Positions 1 to 7,441 of a DNA stretch of 15,905 nt are shown one piece after another. The translations under genes and the position numbers were made by a program. Position 1 is the first letter of the stretch, and each line of letters starts with the position of its first letter. The stretch is from Chlamydiales bacterium (GTDB lineage Bacteria; Chlamydiota; Chlamydiia; Chlamydiales; JBDQID01), in the NCBI GenBank assembly GCA_047611865.1, contig JBLFWS010000068.1, positions 1 through 15,905 on the forward strand, given 5' to 3'. The notes beneath the pieces are model-generated. The model did no database searches. It was not told where the DNA came from and was given only the letters and a program-made list of their open reading frames with translations.

Positions 1-48
1 GAGGCCTCCTCCGAGTAAAAGCGGTAAGATTGAAAAAAAGAGTTTCAT
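1..48 (-). CDS. 5' end of a gene running off the window; probable signal peptide (MKLFFSILPLLLGGGL...)
   Basis: ATG at 48-46, AAGGA Shine-Dalgarno-like motif a few nt upstream on the - strand, open frame to the window edge, basic then hydrophobic N-terminus. Confidence 0.65.
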   Translation of the reverse strand, partial: MKLFFSILPLLLGGGL

Positions 49-130
49 GCAGTTCCTTTCAAAAAAATACAATAAAAATGGTCACCATGCAAGTTGCAGA
101 TATATTTTGCTAGAGATTTGAAAAAAAATA

Positions 131-591
131 AACGCGAAGACTGTGAAGGTAGATAAGAGAAAGAGAAGAAGAGAAAGAGAAGAGGAACGCGAAGGCAGCG
201 AAGGACGCGAAGATCGCGAAGGAAGATAAGAGAAAGAGAAGAAGAGAAAGAGAAGAGGAACGCGAAGGCAGCGAAGGACGCGAAGATCGCGAAGGAAGAT
301 AAGAGGAGAGAAGAAGAGAAAGAGAAGAGGAACGCGAAGGCAGCGAAGGACGCGAAGATCGCGAAGGAAGATAAGAGGAGAGAAGAAGAGAAAGAGAAGA
401 GGAACGCGAAGGCAGCGAAGGACGCGAAGATCGCGAAGGAAGATAAGAGGAGAGAAGAAGGGAAAGAGAAGAGGAACGCGAAGATCGCAAAGGAAGATAA
501 GAGGAGAGAAGAAGAGAAAGAGAAGAGGAACGCGAAGGGAGCGAAGATCGCGAAGGAAGACAAGAGGAGAGAAGAAGAGAAAGAGGAGAGA
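131..591. repeat. Purine-rich tandem repeat array, 7 units, consensus 72 bp with internal 9-bp subrepeats
   Basis: Units start at 131, 186, 259, 331, 403, 475 and 529 (55, 73, 72, 72, 72, 54 and ~63 bp). Consensus AACGCGAAG GCAGCGAAG GACGCGAAG ATCGCGAAG GAAGATAAG AGGAGAGAAGAAGAGAAAGAGAAGAGG. Confidence 0.97.
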
Positions 592-617
592 ATGAAAAAT
601 TAATCTCTTCTCTTTCT
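578..617. terminator. Possible hairpin just downstream of tdk, closing the repeat array
   Basis: AGAAAGAGGAGAGA (578-591) pairs with TCTCTTCTCTTTCT (604-617) with one G-T pair and a 12-nt loop; no clean U-tract. Confidence 0.35.
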
Positions 618-631
618 TCGTATTGAACCTT

Positions 632-1258
632 TTATACCTGAGTAGTCTCGAGAACTTCATCTGGATTGAAAACTTCGATTTTACTTTCTTTGGCTTCTTC
701 CAGAAGGGAGTGATAGCATTTGAAGCAGGCAGGATGGTATTTTTCTTCGGCGCCAAGTTCTACAGAGGGACCTTTGTCAGTGGGGATGCCGTTGACATAC
801 TTTAGATTTTGGGTGGCCTTGCGTTCGCAATAATAGCATGTGGATTTTATTTCGTCGATGGCATCGGCGACTTCCATAAGACGTTTCGTTCCTTCAAATA
901 AAAAGGATTTAAAGTCATTACGTAGGCCATAGCATATGACTGGAATGCCAAAATCAAGGGTGATCTTGCGAAGTTGGTCAATATTTTTCACGGTGAGAAA
1001 TTGTGCTTCGTCTACAAGGACACAGCTGATGTTGCTGTAGTCGTAGCTTAGAAGGTCCGTATCATCTTCCACCAAGATGTCCGCCTCTGTTTCCAGGCCT
1101 GCTCGGGATTTAATTACGGATCTCCCGAATCTGTCATCAAGATAAGGTTTTATGAGGATAGCTTTTTTGTTCTGTTGCTTATAGTTATGTGCAACAGCTA
1201 GCAAATTTAAAGTTTTAGCACTGCCTACAGCGCCATATTTAAAGTATAGTTTAGCCAT
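632..1258 (-). CDS. tdk: Thymidine kinase (TK1-like, bacterial type)
   Basis: MAKLYF.YG N-terminus, P-loop GAVGSAKT, VLVDEAQFL, ICYGLRNDF, zinc ligands CYYC...CFKC. Confidence 0.96.
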   Translation of the reverse strand: MAKLYFKYGAVGSAKTLNLLAVAHNYKQQNKKAILIKPYLDDRFGRSVIKSRAGLETEADILVEDDTDLLSYDYSNISCVLVDEAQFLTVKNIDQLRKITLDFGIPVICYGLRNDFKSFLFEGTKRLMEVADAIDEIKSTCYYCERKATQNLKYVNGIPTDKGPSVELGAEEKYHPACFKCYHSLLEEAKESKIEVFNPDEVLETTQV

Positions 1259-1321
1259 GGTACCACCTGTAATCGGATTTCAAATCAACGGACGGCATAG
1301 TAGATAAACAATTTATTTACA

Positions 1322-3430
1322 TCAAGACGAAGCTTTTTTACGTTTGGTGTATTTAGAGTAAGTTGTTTTCTTCTTTGGCTTCCATTCACGGCCCTGTGGG
1401 AGGGCTAATTCAATAACGCCACCGTTTTCTGATAAGCAGAGGATTGAAGCTTCTTTTTTCCCTTCGAGTTGAAGGGGCTGCATCAGAATTTTCTTTTGGA
1501 GAAGTTTGCGCGCTTGTCCTGAATTAAGGGTAACGCCTTTATGTTCCTTCCAAAGAACAAAGTCACAACCCTCCTTCCACCCAGAACACCCAAAACCTCG
1601 GCGCCCTTCAATGATGGGTTTTGTGCAGCGGGGGCAGTGCCCCAGGATGTTTTCGTCTACCATAGAAACGTCGCTTTTCTGAATGAGGTTGCGAGTAAAA
1701 CGTACGATTTCCTGCATGAAAATATTGGGATCAAGCCTTCCGAATTCTATTTCTTTGAGCTTTGCTTCCCATTCACCGGTTAACTCGGCAGACTTAAGGT
1801 TAGGGTCCTGGACAAGAGCTATTAGATACCTTCCGGAATCAGTAATGGTCAGCTTTTTTTTGTCTCTGGCGATATAGCCTCTGTTAAGCAAAGTTTCAAT
1901 CATAGCCGCGCGAGTAGCCGGAGTGCCCAGCCCTTTGTTTTTGAGAGCTTCTTTGAGGGTCTCGTCTTCAATAAGCTTTCCGGCAGTCTCCATAGTTCCC
2001 AGAAGAGTATTTTCAGTAAACTGCTGGGGAGGGTTCGTTTTTCCTTCTTTGAGAAAAGGCTCGTGGGGCCCGTTCATACCTTTGTTAAATGCGGGAAGCT
2101 CTTGTTCGTCTTCATTTTTTTTCCCCTCGGAATCCTGTTTTTTGGGATATAGCACCGTCCAACCTGGATCAATAATACATACTCCTTTTGCACGGAAAGG
2201 GACTTCGTTTGTACTTCCATCGACAGTGGTAACTTCTTTCAAACAGGGAGGGTAAAAGACGGCTATGAGTCTGGTTACAACGGCATCGTAGACTTGTTGT
2301 AATGGAGTCGGAGGGTTGCGGGGGAGAGACCCCGTAGGAATAATAGCGTGGTGATCATTAACTTTTTTGTCGTTTACTATCCGGGTGGAAAAAGGGAGGG
2401 CATCAAGTTTGAGTCTTTCAATCTCTTTAGCTTTGATGTTTTTCAATTTATGTAAAATGTCAGGTATCTGGCCTTTCATGTCACTTGTGAGGTAGCGGGA
2501 GTCTGTCCGAGGGTAGGTGAGGGCTTTGCTTTCATAAAGGGACTGGGCGTGTTTTAGCGTGTCCGCTGCAGACATTCCATACCTTCTGTTCATATCCCTT
2601 TGTAAGTCTGTTAAGTCGTAAAGGAGAGGGGAAAAACTCTTTTCCTTTTTTGCTTGTACATTCTCTATGGTGAAGACATGCCCTTTTGTTTTTTCTAAAA
2701 GAGCTTCAGCTTTCTTTTTGTCTTTAAAACGATCACCAGTGAATTTAAATTTTACTTTTTGGAAATCTGTCATCAATTCCCAGAAGGGCTCAGACCGAAA
2801 GTTCAGGATGTCGTCGTTGCGGGAAGCTATCAAAGAGAGTACAGGAGTTTGCACTCGGCCAAGACTCCACAAAATTCCCCTTGCACCAAAACGCACGGTA
2901 AAATTCCTCGTTCCATTGAGACCAACGATCCAATCAGATTCACTTCTGCAGCGTGCGGCTGCGTAGAGGTTATCGAAGTCTTTTCCAGGCTTAAGCTGTT
3001 GGAAGCCTTTGCGGATAGCCTCTTCTGTCAAAGAACTTAGCCAAAGTCTGGTAAAGGGTTTACTTACACAGCCTGCCATCGCAAGGATGTAACGGAAGAT
3101 CAACTCACCCTCACGTCCGGCGTCAGTAGCACAAATAAGTTCGGTGGAGCTTTTAAAGAGACGCTTGATTACAGCGAATTGCTTCTTTGCCCCTCCATCG
3201 CCTACGAGTTTTAACTCAAAACGTTCTGGAACAAAGGGGAGTGGCTCAAGAGACCATTTTTTGAGGGCAGGGTCGTATTCATCGGGCTCTTTTAGTCCAA
3301 CAAGGTGACCGAAAGCCCAGGTAACCTGGTATCCTTGCCCTTCAAAATATCCATCATGCCTGGTCTTAGCTCCTAGAAAGGCTGCTAGGTCACGAGCAAC
3401 AGATGGTTTTTCAGTAAGGACTACTTTCAT
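1322..3430 (-). CDS. topB: DNA topoisomerase III (type IA)
   Basis: TEKPSVA Toprim start, ATDAGREGELIF, GRVQTP, active-site LTYPRTDSRYL, GLGTPATRA, C-terminal CPRC...GCSGWKEGCDF module. Confidence 0.96.
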   Translation of the reverse strand: MKVVLTEKPSVARDLAAFLGAKTRHDGYFEGQGYQVTWAFGHLVGLKEPDEYDPALKKWSLEPLPFVPERFELKLVGDGGAKKQFAVIKRLFKSSTELICATDAGREGELIFRYILAMAGCVSKPFTRLWLSSLTEEAIRKGFQQLKPGKDFDNLYAAARCRSESDWIVGLNGTRNFTVRFGARGILWSLGRVQTPVLSLIASRNDDILNFRSEPFWELMTDFQKVKFKFTGDRFKDKKKAEALLEKTKGHVFTIENVQAKKEKSFSPLLYDLTDLQRDMNRRYGMSAADTLKHAQSLYESKALTYPRTDSRYLTSDMKGQIPDILHKLKNIKAKEIERLKLDALPFSTRIVNDKKVNDHHAIIPTGSLPRNPPTPLQQVYDAVVTRLIAVFYPPCLKEVTTVDGSTNEVPFRAKGVCIIDPGWTVLYPKKQDSEGKKNEDEQELPAFNKGMNGPHEPFLKEGKTNPPQQFTENTLLGTMETAGKLIEDETLKEALKNKGLGTPATRAAMIETLLNRGYIARDKKKLTITDSGRYLIALVQDPNLKSAELTGEWEAKLKEIEFGRLDPNIFMQEIVRFTRNLIQKSDVSMVDENILGHCPRCTKPIIEGRRGFGCSGWKEGCDFVLWKEHKGVTLNSGQARKLLQKKILMQPLQLEGKKEASILCLSENGGVIELALPQGREWKPKKKTTYSKYTKRKKASS

Positions 3431-3520
3431 AATTTCACCTTATTAAAGTACGTTTAGAATTAAATCGAGAGTATGTATACTTATCGTCCTTTTAAAATTA
3501 AAGACGATATTGAGGTAGCG

Positions 3521-4273
3521 ATGGCTAGTGCGTCAAGTTTTTCCTTGTCTTCTTACATTTCTACAGGTGCCGCTCGTCTAGGATGGCAAGCGACATCCAA
3601 TGAAGTGAAGTGTGAGTGGCTCGATCCAGTTGGGACTGTAGTAAAACTCGCAATGCTTCGCTTTCGTGATCCGGGAACAAAAATCAGTATCGTAGATCAT
3701 GATTTGCAGTTCGATCATGTGTGGAGTTTACCCATTCAGGGACTAAAACGCTATTATTACGGAAGTAGCAGCAGTGATTTGTACAACCTTGTAGCCCCCA
3801 TATACTACTCAGCAGTATGGCTTAACCCCTCTGAAGATGAGGTGGCTATGAAGATCTTTTCTATTGCTAGAGAGGGCATCGTTCGTCTTATTGATGGAGC
3901 TTATAAGGATGATATGCAAGTTCAGCAATACCTCCAAGGCGTGCATCTGACGATGATAGATAAGGCTTTGAGTGGTGAAGCCATTGACCCTAATCAATTT
4001 AGAATTCCTTGTTGGGAAGAAAACCCATTAGCCAATGCTAGTAAAGAATTTTGGGATAAAAAGAAATTACAACTCATAAAAGATGCTTTCGAAGAAGCTT
4101 TAGAAAATGAAAAAAGAGGAGACCCGTTTGATATCCAGATAGATTTTATCAAGGGGACAGTAAATAATACTCTTCAAAAAATCATTCATTTAGACGAAAG
4201 TATAAGATCCGGGCAATCCATAGAAAAAGCGAGTATCGATGAAGTCGAATACGAAAGTAGTGAAGAAAAGTAG
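3521..4273 (+). CDS. Hypothetical protein (~250 aa) with Ser-rich N-terminus; resembles an uncharacterised giant-virus protein family
   Basis: Long ORF; GAGG at 3512-3515 precedes ATG 3521 (ORF track starts at 3473). Motif LDP..T..KLAML.F...GTKISI...QG..RY.....DL..L..PI recognised from memory only. Confidence 0.85.
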   Translation: MASASSFSLSSYISTGAARLGWQATSNEVKCEWLDPVGTVVKLAMLRFRDPGTKISIVDHDLQFDHVWSLPIQGLKRYYYGSSSSDLYNLVAPIYYSAVWLNPSEDEVAMKIFSIAREGIVRLIDGAYKDDMQVQQYLQGVHLTMIDKALSGEAIDPNQFRIPCWEENPLANASKEFWDKKKLQLIKDAFEEALENEKRGDPFDIQIDFIKGTVNNTLQKIIHLDESIRSGQSIEKASIDEVEYESSEEK

Positions 4274-5063
4274 ACAGACAAATAAACCACGACGCCCTCG
4301 AGCTGAGGGACGTATGGTGATGGGAAAAAACTGTATACGAGAAATTTTGGATCACGCTCCAGAACGACTTATTAAAGTTTTTACCTCGAAGCAGGACCCA
4401 ACGAAGCCCGATTCGTTACTAGAAGACCTGAAAGCAAAGAAAATTCCGATTGAAGTATTAGATAAAGATAAGCTCACTTCTCTCGTAGAATCCGATTCCC
4501 ATCAGTCTTTTGTGGCTCAGGTAAGAAATTCTGGAACAACAGAGTTGTCGACCTTTTTACAAAAGTCTGCTTCAAAGAAAAAAAGTCTTGTTCTGGCTCT
4601 TGACTGCATCTTTGACCCACAGAATCTTGGAGCACTTCTAAGAGCAGCCGATTGTTTTGGAGTGGATGCGGTCCTTTGGTCAAAAAACAGAGGAACGGAT
4701 GTAACTCCCGTGGTGAGTAAAGCAAGTGTTGGGGCTTCTGAGTTGATTGAGATTATAAAGGTCTCTAACCTCGTAGAAGCAATGAAAAAGTTTCAGAAAG
4801 CCGACTACTGGACTGTCACTGCTGAGGTGGATGAGACGTCACAAAATCTTTACTCTTTTGATTTCCCGGACAAAACTCTCCTGGTTATGGGATCAGAGGG
4901 GAAAGGGGTGCAGAATCTGGTGAGTAAAAATGCCGACTTCAAAGTGTATATATCCATGTTGGGAAAAATTAATTCCCTCAACGTATCGCAAGCAACGAGT
5001 GTTTTTCTTTCACACTGGAGAAGTCAGGTAGAATCTCTGGAGAGTATTCCCGGTGGGCATTAA
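4239..5063 (+). CDS. rlmB: 23S rRNA (guanosine-2'-O)-methyltransferase, TrmH/SpoU family
   Basis: SHQ motif, LDCIFDPQNLGALLR, KASVGA, LVMGSEGKG, NSLNVS SPOUT motifs. The 4239 start overlaps the upstream gene by 35 bp; alternative ATG at 4314 follows GAGGG. Confidence 0.93.
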   Translation: MKSNTKVVKKSRQTNKPRRPRAEGRMVMGKNCIREILDHAPERLIKVFTSKQDPTKPDSLLEDLKAKKIPIEVLDKDKLTSLVESDSHQSFVAQVRNSGTTELSTFLQKSASKKKSLVLALDCIFDPQNLGALLRAADCFGVDAVLWSKNRGTDVTPVVSKASVGASELIEIIKVSNLVEAMKKFQKADYWTVTAEVDETSQNLYSFDFPDKTLLVMGSEGKGVQNLVSKNADFKVYISMLGKINSLNVSQATSVFLSHWRSQVESLESIPGGH

Positions 5064-5069
5064 TTCTTT

Positions 5070-5098
5070 TTGACAAGATAGGGTAGTAAAATTATAAA
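5070..5098 (+). promoter_or_regulatory. Candidate sigma70/sigma66 promoter for the 91-aa ORF
   Basis: TTGACA (5070-5075), 17-bp spacer, TATAAA (5093-5098); the -10 lacks the final conserved T. Confidence 0.5.
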
Positions 5099-5140
5099 CC
5101 CATAAGTTTTCAAAGAAGCCATATCACCGGAGAAAATCTT

Positions 5141-5416
5141 ATGGGCCTATGTTTTTCAAAGAGTAACCTTGAAAGAAGAGTCGATGCGCAAGAGCAATGG
5201 GTAAACTCCACTATGCAAAGTGGTGGGGTGAAGCAGCTTCAAGGAATGAAGGGCGAATCAGGAGGACGGAAATACTCGAATAGGCAGATTAAGGGTATGT
5301 TGCGGCAAAACTATTGGAATACGAGAGAGAGCAATTCCTATGTTCTCGATCGTGATGTCAGTAAAGCCGGAGGCTTTTCTCGATATTCTCAAGATCATCG
5401 AATTTATAGAGCTTAG
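5141..5416 (+). CDS. Small basic hypothetical protein with N-terminal MGLCFSK acylation-like motif
   Basis: Fills an otherwise empty gap; GGAG RBS upstream; candidate promoter; stop overlaps the convergent MBL gene stop by 4 bp. Confidence 0.75.
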   Translation: MGLCFSKSNLERRVDAQEQWVNSTMQSGGVKQLQGMKGESGGRKYSNRQIKGMLRQNYWNTRESNSYVLDRDVSKAGGFSRYSQDHRIYRA

Positions 5417-6279
5417 CGCTTAATCTCTTCTTGCAGACTCTCTAAGCTCGTTGGCTCCCCAAAGAATTTCCCCTTTTCGTCTTTTCTTATGGTGACGCAG
5501 CTTACAGTCGGATCATGGGTGAAGAATATTTTACCATTACGATCCAGCATTTCATTTAGAAAGTTTGTTTTTTCATTTACGACGAGCTCGGGATAACGGT
5601 CGTATCCCATAGTGATGGGGATATGTACCCATGGCATAGCAGGTACCAGGTCCGAAACGAAAACCAGTGGACCTGACTCAAGAGAAATTTCAGACAACAT
5701 CAGTCCAGGTGTATGGCCGTGGACAAAACGGAAGCTAATGCCGAAATCCAGAGAAGGGTGACTAGCCGTTTCTATAAATTCCAAGCGGCCGGAACTCTTC
5801 AGAAGCCCGTTGATTAAGGGGATAAAGGAGGCACGATCTCGAGGATGTGGGGCTTCTGCCCTCTTCCAATTTTCTTGGCTTGTGTAGAAGGTGGCCTTTG
5901 GAAATAGAAGGCGTGGCTCTCCATCCGCGAAAGCTGAGAGGATTCCTCCAGCGTGATCGAAATGCATGTGGGAGAGAATGACGATATCAATATCTTCGTG
6001 AGAAAGATCTAGAGCTTGTAGGTTTTTGAGGAGCATGTGTTCCTCTTCTACAACTCCGTAACGATCTTTTAGCTTGGGATCGAAAAAAGCCCCAACACCC
6101 GTTTCAAAAAGGACATTTCTTCCGTCATCCAATTGGAGAAGTAGAGCTCGGCATGCTAGTGGAATTCTGTTTAATTCATCAGGTGTAACCCATCTCTCCC
6201 ATAAAGCTTTGGGAGCGTTACCAAACATAGAGCCACCGTCAAGGCGCTGGGTGTTCCCTTCTACCGCAAAGAATTTCAT
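5413..6279 (-). CDS. MBL-fold metallo-hydrolase (YtnP-like)
   Basis: RLDGGSMFG.PK.LW N-terminus, HMHFDH metal motif, GHTPG, SDL, MGYD, HDP. Confidence 0.92.
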   Translation of the reverse strand: MKFFAVEGNTQRLDGGSMFGNAPKALWERWVTPDELNRIPLACRALLLQLDDGRNVLFETGVGAFFDPKLKDRYGVVEEEHMLLKNLQALDLSHEDIDIVILSHMHFDHAGGILSAFADGEPRLLFPKATFYTSQENWKRAEAPHPRDRASFIPLINGLLKSSGRLEFIETASHPSLDFGISFRFVHGHTPGLMLSEISLESGPLVFVSDLVPAMPWVHIPITMGYDRYPELVVNEKTNFLNEMLDRNGKIFFTHDPTVSCVTIRKDEKGKFFGEPTSLESLQEEIKR

Positions 6280-6299
6280 CGTAAAATCTCATGTAAAGA

Positions 6300-7073
6300 T
6301 TATTTATTGGTCCAAGAGGGCTCACGCTTTTCAAGGAAGGCTTTGATGCCTTCGTTCGCTTCGTTGGAAAGGCGAGCATTCATGTGGTAGTCGAGAGCTT
6401 TATTCAGACCTTCTTCGAGGCTGGAAGGGGCAAGGTCTTCTAGCAGGCGCTTAGTTTGAGCCGTAGCTTGAGGAGCTCCTTGTAACACTTGTCCTGCTAC
6501 CGATAAAACTTCTTTTAATAATTCCTCTTCAGGGACAACGCGATTTAGAAGGCCTAAACGTAAAGCTCGCTCTGCAGTGATTGGTTCTCCCAGTAGGAGG
6601 AGCTCACGAATAAAGGTTTCCTGAATTTTCCTACGTAATAAGGTCATTACAAGACCTGCAACGAGTCCCCTTTTGGTTTCGGGGTAGCCTAAAACAAAGC
6701 CTTCAGCTGCGACGGCAAAGTCACATGCAGAAACGAGTCCTGCACCGCCAGCCATTGCTGCGCCATGAACTGCGGCGATGGTGACGAGAGGGGAGCTGTA
6801 TAGGGCTTTTAAAGTTTGGGCGACTCTTTGAGCAGAGTCATGAGCGACTTCGTTGTTCATCGCTTCTTTGAGATCCAGTCCAGCACAGAAAACCTTGCCT
6901 GCTCCACAGAGGACGATGACTCTTTGTCCTTCTGTGTTGTTGGCTGTTTCTATAGCGGAGCAAAGTTCTTCGAGGAGCGCTCTGTTAAGGGCGTTTCTCT
7001 TCTCCGGGCGATTTAAAGTCAGAATAGTAACGCCCGGATGTGTTCTGTCAATGAGGATGTTTTTATCACTCAT
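6300..7073 (-). CDS. Enoyl-CoA hydratase/isomerase (methylglutaconyl-CoA hydratase-like)
   Basis: LNRPEKRNAL, FCAGLDL, AMAGGAGLVSACD, PETKRGL, EGIKAFLEKREPSW; start overlaps the upstream stop (7070-7073). Confidence 0.93.
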   Translation of the reverse strand: MSDKNILIDRTHPGVTILTLNRPEKRNALNRALLEELCSAIETANNTEGQRVIVLCGAGKVFCAGLDLKEAMNNEVAHDSAQRVAQTLKALYSSPLVTIAAVHGAAMAGGAGLVSACDFAVAAEGFVLGYPETKRGLVAGLVMTLLRRKIQETFIRELLLLGEPITAERALRLGLLNRVVPEEELLKEVLSVAGQVLQGAPQATAQTKRLLEDLAPSSLEEGLNKALDYHMNARLSNEANEGIKAFLEKREPSWTNK

Positions 7074-7432
7074 TCTTTGCTCCCACTAGCAGGAAGGCAG
7101 AGGGATAGTTGCTCTTCGACAATTTCAAAGGGGATGTCTAAAAGACTTTGCCCAATGGTTTTACCGTCAGTTTCGGCTAAAGGGGATTTCACAAAATTTA
7201 TGGATGACTCGTCAAATACAAAATTCAAGGCTCTCAGCCCTGGAAGTTCATACTTCTCTACTAGAATGAAGCCTAAGGGCTTGCAGTATTCAGTGACATG
7301 CTCTAAAGAAAGATGTTCCTTTAAGAACTCAAAACCCTCAGGGGTATGAGCTATGACACCAATATCAGCCGTATTTCCCTTGTCTCCACTTCTGGTGTAA
7401 GCAATATCTTTAACTTGTATGTTTTTTGTCAT
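7070..7432 (-). CDS. Small AtuA-related protein (stand-alone AtuA C-terminal-like domain)
   Basis: IAYTRSGDKGN.ADIGVIA, V.KYELPGL.ALNF, GK..GQ.LL motifs. Confidence 0.82.
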   Translation of the reverse strand: MTKNIQVKDIAYTRSGDKGNTADIGVIAHTPEGFEFLKEHLSLEHVTEYCKPLGFILVEKYELPGLRALNFVFDESSINFVKSPLAETDGKTIGQSLLDIPFEIVEEQLSLCLPASGSKE

Positions 7433-7441
7433 TTTTATCCT

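Noticed and set aside
131..591. CRISPR array
   Set aside because: The sequence between repeats is itself repeated, there are no unique spacers, and no cas genes are in the window
45..756. ORFs 45-563, 82-756 and 110-490 on the - strand
   Set aside because: All three frames are open only because the repeat lacks stop codons; the products are low-complexity and one overlaps tdk
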